Shown here: piece after piece, positions 27,390 through 35,731 of the stretch | Position numbering within the stretch: the stretch's first letter is position 1 | Layout: every line of letters begins with the position of its first letter | Source: a virus | Strand: one strand, 5' to 3' | IMG/VR virus record: IMGVR_UViG_3300029585_000050 | Length of the DNA stretch: 64,000 nucleotides | The notes under the pieces: model-generated | The model's input: the letters and a program-made list of their open reading frames with translations, nothing else | Told to the model about the DNA's origin: nothing | Databases searched by the model: none | Made by a program: the position numbers and the translations under genes

Positions 27390-27854
27390 ATGAGCGTAGA
27401 TGCATTGATTGCCTTGTCTATCGTGTCTTACATTGTTGCTATTTTTGCTGCATTAGGTGCGTGGGGCTTTTTTAACGAATATATTGACAAGATAAAAACC
27501 CATTCCCCACCCAATGAAACGGTTAAAGTTCTTAGACGTGCATTGATTTCTCTTGTCATCCTTATACCGACATTTTCATTCTCGACTTATAACCTTTACA
27601 GAGTCTATACGGGTGAAGCATTCATTGATGAGTGTAAGCAACTAGCGAAAGATTATTATTTAATCACTAGCTACCAGAAAGACATTGGTTGTGTGATGAA
27701 GATGAATACGGGTGACTGGGAAAAATTCGATGAGTGGGATGCCAGACGACACCGCACCGAATACTTGTTGAAAAAGCATAAAAACGATTTCATGGAAAAT
27801 GAATACAACGCGGCTAAAGACCGTGTTCAAGAAACCAATTTATTTGGCGAATAA
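27390..27854 (+). CDS. membrane protein
   Basis: Two TM helices; GAGG SD. Confidence 0.65.
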   Translation: MSVDALIALSIVSYIVAIFAALGAWGFFNEYIDKIKTHSPPNETVKVLRRALISLVILIPTFSFSTYNLYRVYTGEAFIDECKQLAKDYYLITSYQKDIGCVMKMNTGDWEKFDEWDARRHRTEYLLKKHKNDFMENEYNAAKDRVQETNLFGE

Positions 27855-27869
27855 AAATAAATTATTTTC

Positions 27870-27940
27870 TTGCAATTTTTTTCATACTTTAGTATATTAG
27901 ATGCATGGGGTGGTTATCCCGAAACAAAAAGTCTGAGGAG
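27870..27940 (+). promoter_or_regulatory. early promoter with GTCTGAGGAG leader
   Basis: TTGCAA-17nt-TATATT; GTCTGAGGAG at 27931-27940. Confidence 0.65.
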
Positions 27941-27948
27941 GCTAAAGT

Positions 27949-28302
27949 ATGAAACAACCAAAGTTAAGTAAAGAAGAATTCCGAGCGCAAGAAAAAAAGC
28001 TTGAAGCTATCCAACCTCTTGCACAAAAAGCAATCAAAGAATTAGGTCTAATAGGCGCTGTCGTCCAATCAGGATTCAGTGGTCGCCCTTCATTAGATGT
28101 CATCATTAACCGTGAAGACAACGGTCGTGCATGGAATGACGAATGGCGTGAGCTTATGAATGTTCTTTGCGGTAAGCTAAGTGACCTTGGTCTACTATGG
28201 GCGGCAGAATATGATGGCTTTAATCAACTAATCACTAAAGACGAGAATGGAGAGCCTTGGATGCTCTTTAACGGTTCTTGTGTATCACTAAAGGCGGCAT
28301 AA
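27949..28302 (+). CDS. hypothetical protein
   Basis: Promoter and strong SD upstream. Confidence 0.7.
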   Translation: MKQPKLSKEEFRAQEKKLEAIQPLAQKAIKELGLIGAVVQSGFSGRPSLDVIINREDNGRAWNDEWRELMNVLCGKLSDLGLLWAAEYDGFNQLITKDENGEPWMLFNGSCVSLKAA

Positions 28303-28304
28303 TC

Positions 28305-28529
28305 ATGGATAGAGCAGAAGCACAACGTTACGTTTACGCCATGGGTTATGTTATGATTCGTGGTAAGTTCAATGTCACTATCGCACAAAACTACGAAGAC
28401 CGTTTCGATAAAAAAGTTGTAATCAAAGATATGGTTGATGAGCCTTTATCGAAAGAAGTTCTTGATGCGGCGATGGAAAAGATTGACGACATGTACCGCG
28501 TTGTCGGTATTGACGGAAATTTAAAATAA
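28305..28529 (+). CDS. hypothetical protein
   Basis: ORF 28278..28529; start moved. Confidence 0.6.
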   Translation: MDRAEAQRYVYAMGYVMIRGKFNVTIAQNYEDRFDKKVVIKDMVDEPLSKEVLDAAMEKIDDMYRVVGIDGNLK

Positions 28530-28532
28530 AGC

Positions 28533-28611
28533 TTGCAATGACATTGAAGCTTTAGTATATTATTAATCATAGGGCGAAGGGCGAAACATTCAATTAAATT
28601 AGTCTGAGGAG
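28533..28611 (+). promoter_or_regulatory. early promoter with GTCTGAGGAG leader
   Basis: TTGCAA-17nt-TATATT; GTCTGAGGAG at 28602-28611. Confidence 0.65.
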
Positions 28612-28619
28612 ACACTATT

Positions 28620-28889
28620 ATGAATATTTCAAAAAATGCTATACATGATGCAATCACTGATTTCACTGACGGTCAATCTGATTACGACCTATTGGACTAT
28701 GGCCTCACCGCCGACCGTGCAGTGGCAATCTTAAACCTAACCCCAGACAGCGACATGGACGCGCTTGTTGATGGCCTTACCGACATTTACGACGGTATGA
28801 CACCACACGACATCGTTCACAGCACTGGTGTTCCATCTGACCGTGCTGACGACATCTATGCATTAGTTTCGCACTTCTTGAGTAAATAA
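28620..28889 (+). CDS. acidic protein with internal two-fold repeat
   Basis: DAITDFTDG..GLTADRA and DGLTDIYDG..GVPSDRA. Confidence 0.7.
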   Translation: MNISKNAIHDAITDFTDGQSDYDLLDYGLTADRAVAILNLTPDSDMDALVDGLTDIYDGMTPHDIVHSTGVPSDRADDIYALVSHFLSK

Positions 28890-28891
28890 CC

Positions 28892-29116
28892 ATGGTTATT
28901 GAAACAGACATGTCACCAATCGAGCTTCTTACTTGGCAACTTCAACGCATCGTCTTTGAAGTTGACCTAAGACGCGGTGATGTTATTGCATGGCCAGATG
29001 ACGAAGAAGACAGAGAATCCCTAGAGAAAATTGAAAAGGCTTTAGCTGAATATAAAGTGGTCTTCGAACAACTTGGTCAAATGGAAATATACAACAAAGA
29101 AACGATGTTTCTTTAA
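28892..29116 (+). CDS. hypothetical protein
   Basis: ORF track. Confidence 0.6.
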   Translation: MVIETDMSPIELLTWQLQRIVFEVDLRRGDVIAWPDDEEDRESLEKIEKALAEYKVVFEQLGQMEIYNKETMFL

Positions 29117-29140
29117 CTATACATCTTGGAAAGATGATTT

Positions 29141-29341
29141 ATGACCAAGGAACAACGTAATTATTTTAACAATATGGTGGCAGCGAAACATAGCGTTTCT
29201 AATATCATCGCTGCCATAAGAGATGCCGAAAAAGACAATGACGACCAAGGCATTATCGACTTCATGCGCCAAATCGACTTACCAACTCGAATTAAACGCT
29301 ATCGTTACTACCAGAAATGTTATTATAAATCAGTGACTTAG
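29141..29341 (+). CDS. hypothetical protein
   Basis: ORF track. Confidence 0.55.
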   Translation: MTKEQRNYFNNMVAAKHSVSNIIAAIRDAEKDNDDQGIIDFMRQIDLPTRIKRYRYYQKCYYKSVT

Positions 29342-29403
29342 AAATCATTTTGAAAAAAAGTTGAAAAAAAAGTTTTATTTTTTGATTTTTTGGATATAAT
29401 TAC

Positions 29404-29411
29404 TATAAATA
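29404..29411 (+). promoter_or_regulatory. T4-type late promoter-like motif
   Basis: TATAAATA in an intergenic region. Confidence 0.4.
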
Positions 29412-29457
29412 AAATTATCAACAATAAATGTTGAGTCAATTAAACAAGGTATTACAT

Positions 29458-29550
29458 ATGACTTTTATTACTAACACAACAACCAATTGGAATGGCGGAA
29501 ATACGTCAGGCACAGTTGTGGGTAATAATACGGGTAATACAACCTCATAA
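29458..29550 (+). CDS. 30-aa Thr/Asn/Gly-rich micropeptide
   Basis: AAGGT SD; MTFITNTTTNWNGGNTSGTVVGNNTGNTTS; below ORF-track cutoff. Confidence 0.45.
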   Translation: MTFITNTTTNWNGGNTSGTVVGNNTGNTTS

Positions 29551-29695
29551 AGTTCGATTGGCGTGATGCTAGTCGCGCCGAATAAAGAACACACTTCTTT
29601 GGCGCTTCAAGCCACAAAAAAAAATTAAAATTTACATTGAAATAATAGACAAATGATATATAATTCAAAGTCTTATTATTGAAAAAACTTTTAAA

Positions 29696-29771
29696 GCTAG
29701 TGTAGCTCAGCAGGTAGAGCAGCGCACTTGTAATGCGCAGGTCGCAGGTTCGATTCCTGTCACTAGCTCCA
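29696..29771 (+). tRNA. tRNA-Thr(UGU) copy 1
   Basis: Cloverleaf, GCGCA-CTTGTAA-TGCGC, encoded CCA. Confidence 0.95.
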
Positions 29772-29786
29772 TTTTAAAAGTTTTGT

Positions 29787-29862
29787 GCTAGTGTAGCTCA
29801 GCAGGCAGAGCAACTGACTTGTAATCAGTAGGTCGCAGGTTCGATTCCTGTCACTAGCTCCA
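29787..29862 (+). tRNA. tRNA-Thr(UGU) copy 2
   Basis: Cloverleaf, ACTGA-CTTGTAA-TCAGT, encoded CCA. Confidence 0.95.
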
Positions 29863-29923
29863 TTATTATACTGTTATGTAACAGTGGAAATTGAATGTAA
29901 CACTACCGATGTTACATACGATT

Positions 29924-30025
29924 TTGGATGAACGAGAAACTATATTTGTAGTCGGCTAATTACCGAAATGAGATATAGTTGACAAGCAGCGAAAAGATAC
30001 CGCCGTAGCTAGTATGCTCATCCAA
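29924..30025 (+). ncRNA. candidate multibranch RNA between tRNAs
   Basis: TTGGATGA/TCATCCAA closing stem; 10-bp inner stem 29938-29947 with 29971-29980. Confidence 0.4.
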
Positions 30026-30068
30026 TCATAAAGGAGTGTTCACCTTTTAAAAAACGAGCCAAATTTAA

Positions 30069-30359
30069 TGCCCTTTAGCTTAGCGGTAGAGCAGCGGACT
30101 GTAAACTTAAATAGCAGCCTTAGTCAGAAATGATTAATGGAAAAAGACCTTAAATTCATGGAAACCTTCGTCTATATGACATGGCAATCGTGAGCGAAGC
30201 CCTTATGGGAACGTGCAGAGACTATAATAGGTCAACCTTAACAAGTTATGTTGAAGGTTATGGGATAGTCCAGACCACAAACAGTCATTTGATTGGTAGT
30301 GAAAACTATAGTGGTAAGTAATCCGAAGGTCGGTGGTTCGACCCCACCAAGGGCAGCCA
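30069..30359 (+). tRNA. tRNA-Asn(GUU) interrupted by a group I intron (exons 30069-30102 and 30319-30359)
   Basis: Spliced cloverleaf TGCCCTT/AAGGGCA, G73, CCA; loop CT-GT^T-AA. Confidence 0.85.
30103..30318 (+). ncRNA. group I intron (216 nt, IC3-like, no ORF)
   Basis: U.G at the 5' splice site with IGS GCAG; P AAATTCATGGAAAC, Q GGCAATCGTGAGC, R GTGCAGAGACTA, S GATAGTCC; terminal G. Confidence 0.88.
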
Positions 30360-30429
30360 TTAATTTATACATCGTGGTTCGAGTCCAAGTTTGTATTTTG
30401 ATAAATACTCTTTTTCAAGGGTATTTAAA

Positions 30430-31317
30430 ATGTACTACACGGTGTATAAAATAATAAATGAAATCAATGGTATGATTTACATTGGTGTTCATAAAACGGA
30501 TGACCCATACGATAATTATATGGGTTCAGGCGTAGGTCTTAAAGAAGACCAAGTTAAATATGGTATAGGTAACTTCAAAAAAGAAATACTTTACCTCATG
30601 GATAATGAAGAGGATATGTATAAAAAAGAAGAAGAGCTTGTTGATGCCGATTTTGTGAAATCCGATAAAACTTATAATAGGGTTGTCGGTGGTGATTGGT
30701 GTGAATCCAATCGGAATGGTTCTAATATTTACGGTAAAAATGGCCAACTTGGATATGGTGGCGAAAACCTTGTAAAAATTAGAGATGAGTATGGTAGTAT
30801 ATCGAATTACCTTAAAATAAATGGTGGTTATGATGAATACCGTACAAAGATTTCAAATAGTTTGAAGAATTATATCGAAGACAATGGTCATTGGTGGACT
30901 GGTCGAAGACATAATGATGAAACTAAAAATAAAATTTCACAGAAATCCAAATTACACCAAAGTGGTGATGGTAATTCACAACACGGTACAATGTGGATTT
31001 ACAATTTAGAAGAAGAGATTAATAAGAAAATACCATGCAGTGAAGATTTACCCTCTGGTTGGGTGAAAGGTAGAATTTTAGATTTCAAATTAAAAAAGAA
31101 GAAAATAGAAGAAGCCAATAATAAATCACGCTGTAAAGAAGAGAAGAAAAAGACAAAAATTGAAACTTATACCAATTATTGGAATATCTACAAAGATGTT
31201 AGTTTTGATGAATTTGTTAATATAACTGGATATGATAAAACCCGACCCAACCTTCTACAGAACTTTAAAAGATATGTTGTGGATTACAAACCGCAGAATG
31301 GTAAAAAACGCGGCTAA
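30430..31317 (+). mobile_element. free-standing GIY-YIG (Seg-like) homing endonuclease with NUMOD3-like motif
   Basis: YTVYKIIN..IYIGVH..YMGSG; WTGRRHNDETKNKISQ; start moved from 30391 to ATG 30430. Confidence 0.9.
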
Positions 31318-31474
31318 TTTTATTTAATAAATACCAAATGTTGCCCTTAGAGGTCTTAAAGAAATAACCATCCGAGGCTATGGCTTAGCTATCCGCAAAC
31401 TGAAAGCCCGATGCCAGAAAATACATGTCACTATCTGGCATCGGGTGATGGTACTTAACATTAGGTATAATAAA

Positions 31475-31627
31475 ATGAAAAAGAAAGCTTTAATATTGAT
31501 TGCCCTATTAACAATAGGAGGCATCGCATATTCTCAGCATGAATGTTTAGGTCAATACACCAGACATTATAATTCAGATTCTGGTCGATGGTGGCACCAA
31601 CACGTCGGCTACTGGCACTGGGAATAA
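31475..31627 (+). CDS. small secreted His/Trp-rich protein
   Basis: ORF 31445..31627; signal peptide from MKKKALIL. Confidence 0.55.
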   Translation: MKKKALILIALLTIGGIAYSQHECLGQYTRHYNSDSGRWWHQHVGYWHWE

Positions 31628-31642
31628 ACATTAGGTAATATT

Positions 31643-32170
31643 ATGATTTTAGACATTCGAAACGATTTGGATGAGCAACAGCAACGAAAACTGACTCAAA
31701 TAATCGGTTTGTTGATGACTCGTTATCAAATATCCAGTGGCCATGCTAGAAAAAATGGCGATGAGAATGCACAATGGTACTACGATGGTATCATCACTGG
31801 TTTAAATAACGCTGACAAAATTGTATCGAATGTCTTTGATGATTACTGTATTTTCGATGGTGAGTACGAACAGTATTTACCACCATCGGCTGCAATAGAC
31901 GTTGAATCTCTTGATGATATTGAAATCCCTAAGCCAGATGTGAACCCGTGTATTTGTAAGGGTAACTGGCGAAATATCGTCAAAGAATCAGAACCATTTC
32001 TCGACAGAATATTCGTCGATAATAATGGCCAAAGATTCAGGTTTTATGGCATTGTTCACGGCAGTGATGACTATTACTACGGTATGTATAGATTGGCTGA
32101 TGGCCAAAGTGTTTTACTCTCTTGTGTCGGTGACTTAGAAACACATGGGTATACGTTGCTAGAATCATGA
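31643..32170 (+). CDS. hypothetical protein
   Basis: AGGT SD. Confidence 0.65.
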   Translation: MILDIRNDLDEQQQRKLTQIIGLLMTRYQISSGHARKNGDENAQWYYDGIITGLNNADKIVSNVFDDYCIFDGEYEQYLPPSAAIDVESLDDIEIPKPDVNPCICKGNWRNIVKESEPFLDRIFVDNNGQRFRFYGIVHGSDDYYYGMYRLADGQSVLLSCVGDLETHGYTLLES

Positions 32171-32871
32171 ACAAAAAATATTACAATCATAGAATGACAA
32201 TTGGTTTTTTCACAGATATTTCGGTGAACGGTATTCCAGTTTGTATAGTTGAAAGGGATGATGATTACAGCACACCTCGCAAAATCGTGAATGCTGAATT
32301 TGTCAAAGCTTATTTGGATAACCCAACCGATGTTGGTCGTGACCTGATGGCGGTGTTGGCTGATAGTTACAACAAGACCGAGTTCGTTTCCGATAAATCA
32401 AAGAAACGGTATCAGAAAAAGTTAAACTTTGTTTCTATGTTTTTATTTGATGAAATACTTAAAAAGATTCAGGACGGCGATATAAAAGTTGAACAATGTG
32501 AATACATCTTTGACCTGTTTAACCTTGTAGAAGAATTTGGTTTGAGTGATTTAAGTGTATTTGCTAATGCAACTAATAATATTTACATGCTTTTCGATTT
32601 ATGTAGACGATATACCGAATCCATTAACCGTGAGAAAAGTCTTCATAACTTAGACATTGCATTTTATACGATTTCATCTGGGGCAGTACGTTCGCAAGAA
32701 GATATTAAAAAAGAGATAGAATCATTCTGTAGACACAGAAGTCGTTATAAAGAATTGGGATACTTTTTAGATAAGCATGGTGTTCTTGATGAAACTAGGG
32801 AATCATGTTTACATGACAACGCTATAAATGTATTGAAGGATATTTTTTACACACAAGTCGTACAATATTGA
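32167..32871 (+). CDS. hypothetical protein
   Basis: ATGA overlap. Confidence 0.65.
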   Translation: MNKKYYNHRMTIGFFTDISVNGIPVCIVERDDDYSTPRKIVNAEFVKAYLDNPTDVGRDLMAVLADSYNKTEFVSDKSKKRYQKKLNFVSMFLFDEILKKIQDGDIKVEQCEYIFDLFNLVEEFGLSDLSVFANATNNIYMLFDLCRRYTESINREKSLHNLDIAFYTISSGAVRSQEDIKKEIESFCRHRSRYKELGYFLDKHGVLDETRESCLHDNAINVLKDIFYTQVVQY

Positions 32872-33052
32872 TGAATAATATCGAAGAAATAGAAAAGAAA
32901 TTCCTTGAATCATTGAAAGCGATGATGGAACTACCTAAAGAAGAGCGTTACGAGTTGATTAGAAACGCCAAACCATCTGGCCTTGGCGAAGCACTGGCTT
33001 ACAATTTCGACGGAACACCTTATAAAGGGGTGAATTAACTAAACTTAGGAGA

Positions 33053-33457
33053 ATGGTGACGAAAATGCCTTGGATTAAACCTAGCGAAAGGATGAAGAAA
33101 GCGGTTGGACGTGATGATTTGGGAACTATCCATTTCACCCCAATGTACACGCACCTTCACGACATGCGCGATGAAGGTAAGACGGCAGAAGAAATCGCCA
33201 CTATCATTGAAGATGAACTGATTCGTGTTTTAATTGCACACGAAAATGGTGAGACTAAACCTTATATTGAGGATTTAGATGATGACTGTCCTAAATGTAG
33301 TGGCTTCTTCGGTGATTCTAAGCTTAAAGACCACTTGCCAGATTGTGAATGCAATGATGACGTTGATGTTTCTACACCAGAATGGTTTAAGCGTGAAGAA
33401 GATTACATCTTTGGTCAAATGGAGAAAGCACTAGATGCCTTTAAGTCTGAGTCCTAA
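33053..33457 (+). CDS. hypothetical protein
   Basis: AGGAG SD. Confidence 0.65.
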   Translation: MVTKMPWIKPSERMKKAVGRDDLGTIHFTPMYTHLHDMRDEGKTAEEIATIIEDELIRVLIAHENGETKPYIEDLDDDCPKCSGFFGDSKLKDHLPDCECNDDVDVSTPEWFKREEDYIFGQMEKALDAFKSES

Positions 33458-33725
33458 CGCTTTGAATAGGGAATACGTCAAGAGTGATTACATTCTCGAT
33501 GAATTCCCAGACTATGTTTTTCATGTGAATTACAACCGAATGGAATATGTAGTTGTTGAACGAGGGTTGAACGAACAAAAACGTCATAACGTGATTATTC
33601 GTAGCAACTTTCATAAAAAACATCATGAATGGAACCACATCACTTCTGGCGACAGAAAAGATGTAGCCAATGTAGTGAAGAGTTTAATTAACTTGGATGA
33701 GATGATTAAACATTCATTACCTTAA
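33435..33725 (+). CDS. hypothetical protein
   Basis: ORF track; start uncertain. Confidence 0.55.
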   Translation: MPLSLSPNALNREYVKSDYILDEFPDYVFHVNYNRMEYVVVERGLNEQKRHNVIIRSNFHKKHHEWNHITSGDRKDVANVVKSLINLDEMIKHSLP

Positions 33726-33728
33726 TTT

Positions 33729-33804
33729 GCGGGTGTAGCTCAGCAGGCAGAGCGCGACCTTGCCAAGGTCGAGGTCACGAGTTCGAACCTCGTTACCCGC
33801 TCCA
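33729..33804 (+). tRNA. tRNA-Gly(GCC)
   Basis: Cloverleaf, CGACC-TTGCCAA-GGTCG, U73, encoded CCA. Confidence 0.95.
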
Positions 33805-33825
33805 AGTTTTTTAATAGGTGTTATT

Positions 33826-34182
33826 ATGATAACAAATGAACAACGTGGTCGTATTTTAAAGCATTGTGGTTTTAATGATTCACACTTGAATGGTTTAATC
33901 TCGAATTATACTGAAAGTGAATTACCGAATGGACTTTATACAACATGCACACTTGATGAAGATGGTAAAGATGTTTTTGTCATGGAATTTGAAAAAGGTA
34001 AAGATTCATTTTTTGTGCCCGTTGAAGATATGGAAATAAACTTCAATGAAAAAGATGAAGCTCGTTTCTTGGCCGATATTTACACAAGTATGTCGGTTAA
34101 TGTTAATAGTAAATATTTAAGTCATTCTAGCGAAAAAATAGATATGGATGGCTTGTCTGAATTATTTAAAACATTCGAGTAA
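33826..34182 (+). CDS. hypothetical protein
   Basis: ORF 33760..34182 overlaps the tRNA; start moved to 33826 (AGGTG SD). Confidence 0.65.
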   Translation: MITNEQRGRILKHCGFNDSHLNGLISNYTESELPNGLYTTCTLDEDGKDVFVMEFEKGKDSFFVPVEDMEINFNEKDEARFLADIYTSMSVNVNSKYLSHSSEKIDMDGLSELFKTFE

Positions 34183-34234
34183 ATTATAGTTGCATTTTAT
34201 TTGAATGTTACTATAATCACAATTATAGGAAAAT

Positions 34235-34342
34235 ACACGCATAGCTTATGTTGGTTAAAGCGGGTGGCGAACGCATAGATGTCTCGCGTCTATGGCTTAC
34301 ATGGTTGCTGCCTAAGCGTCGGTTCAATTCCGATGGCGTGTA
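34235..34342 (+). ncRNA. tRNA-like RNA with 38-nt insertion in the anticodon loop
   Basis: Acceptor, D-arm GCTT/AAGC and T-arm GTCGG-TTCAATT-CCGAT intact; promoter TTGCAT 34190 / TATAAT 34212. Confidence 0.6.
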
Positions 34343-34457
34343 TTGGCCTACCTTATCCAAGCGTCGAAGGTTAAATCCTTTGTAATCCGCACGGATGTCG
34401 ATAGACTAGACGAAGAAATAAGTCCATATGGGTTGTGAAGCCCACTAATATTATTAA

Positions 34458-34534
34458 GCGGGTGTATATCTCAGTTGGTAGAGTTCCGTCTTTCCACGTC
34501 GGCGGCGCGAGTTCGAGTCTCGCTACCCGCTCCA
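34458..34534 (+). tRNA. tRNA-Gly(UCC), atypical D-arm
   Basis: GCGGGTG/TACCCGC, U73, CCA; loop TTTCCAC; two extra nt before the D stem and a U.U in the anticodon stem. Confidence 0.75.
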
Positions 34535-34550
34535 ATCAAAGAGAAAAATC

Positions 34551-34766
34551 ATGTTTCTAGGAATTTATATTAGTGTTGCTGCCCTTATCCTTTATATCGG
34601 CTACCTTTATATAAAAACACCCAATGTTGGAACTATAGACCCCTATATGATTGCAGTTATCATATTTGGCGCAATAGCATGGCCAATCATTGTTTTAGGT
34701 GTGCTTCTATTATCCCTTTGGGTTCAATACGACTTGATTACAAACCCATATAATATTAAACGATAA
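34551..34766 (+). CDS. small membrane protein
   Basis: Two TM helices. Confidence 0.6.
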   Translation: MFLGIYISVAALILYIGYLYIKTPNVGTIDPYMIAVIIFGAIAWPIIVLGVLLLSLWVQYDLITNPYNIKR

Positions 34767-34773
34767 CGCTTTT

Positions 34774-34941
34774 GATGTGATGTATCGACAAACGAAGGTA
34801 TTTAAGTGTACAGTGAGGCATAGCGGATAGTTACCGAACTACTCTCACGATAGGCTGCGAATATCCCCTAATGGATGGAGTAACTAACCTTAATTCAGTA
34901 AAATGAACCATTAGGTTGCAGACGTACTTATACATCACATC
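34774..34941 (+). ncRNA. candidate 168-nt structured RNA
   Basis: Perfect 12-bp closing stem GATGTGATGTAT/ATACATCACATC with inner stems. Confidence 0.45.
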
Positions 34942-34958
34942 ACCCTACAGGTAATACT

Positions 34959-35438
34959 ATGAAATACACCAAAAAAGAAACCATCGAAGTCGTCTTAGAC
35001 GTTGCCCCGTGTTTGGAATGCGGTAGCGAATCTATTGCCATCGAAGATTGTGGGTATAACTCATTCAATGTCGGCGGCGGTCGTTGCGCGGTGTGTGGAC
35101 ATGAATCGACATCCGATTGTTCAGTTGACCCTGATGTCGAAGAACTTATCGACATCTGGAATCGTGCTAACTCAATTGAATTATTAATTAAGCAACAAGA
35201 AACCATCATTGAGAATGCACAAAAAGAAATAGTTGAATTGAAAGCCCGTAACGGCAACGATAATTTAGCATTGAAAATCACTGGCGCTAAAGATGGTATG
35301 ATGTGGTATGCCAATAAAATCGGTGAAACCGTGCCTTATCTTGGTAAGTCTTTCCACGAATATCGTAGCCGTGAAGACAGCGGGTACATTAATTTTGTAA
35401 GAATCGAGGACTGTGAAGTCGTCAGAGTAGGTGAATAA
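34959..35438 (+). CDS. Lar-like zinc-ribbon protein with C-terminal extension
   Basis: PCLECGS..RCAVCG..IDIWNRA pattern. Confidence 0.5.
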   Translation: MKYTKKETIEVVLDVAPCLECGSESIAIEDCGYNSFNVGGGRCAVCGHESTSDCSVDPDVEELIDIWNRANSIELLIKQQETIIENAQKEIVELKARNGNDNLALKITGAKDGMMWYANKIGETVPYLGKSFHEYRSREDSGYINFVRIEDCEVVRVGE

Positions 35439-35731
35439 TGAGTAAAACATTACATAACAGTACCACAGACGGTGCTAGAAAGAACGTGAGCGACCTTAAA
35501 ACCTATGGTGACGCTGATACCTTCAAATTGATTTGTAAGGCTTCCAGTGAGTCTGAGGGATGGATGAAGTCTACTAAGGCAATGGAAATAGACGGCGTTG
35601 GTGTTGTGGTACAGGTAACAACACAACAAGGCGACAATGTAGCCGAGGCATTAACATTTGTGCCAAATGCTCAAATAATTGAAATAGACGGCGATAAAGA
35701 GAATGGCCGTAAAATAGTGAGAAGAGAATAA
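35438..35731 (+). CDS. hypothetical phage protein
   Basis: TAATG coupling; GTAGGTG SD. Confidence 0.7.
   Translation: MSKTLHNSTTDGARKNVSDLKTYGDADTFKLICKASSESEGWMKSTKAMEIDGVGVVVQVTTQQGDNVAEALTFVPNAQIIEIDGDKENGRKIVRRE

Noticed and set aside
30069-30110. tRNA-Tyr(GUA)
   Set aside because: The apparent GTA loop has no 3' anticodon strand nearby; intron motifs and the distal exon give Asn(GUU).
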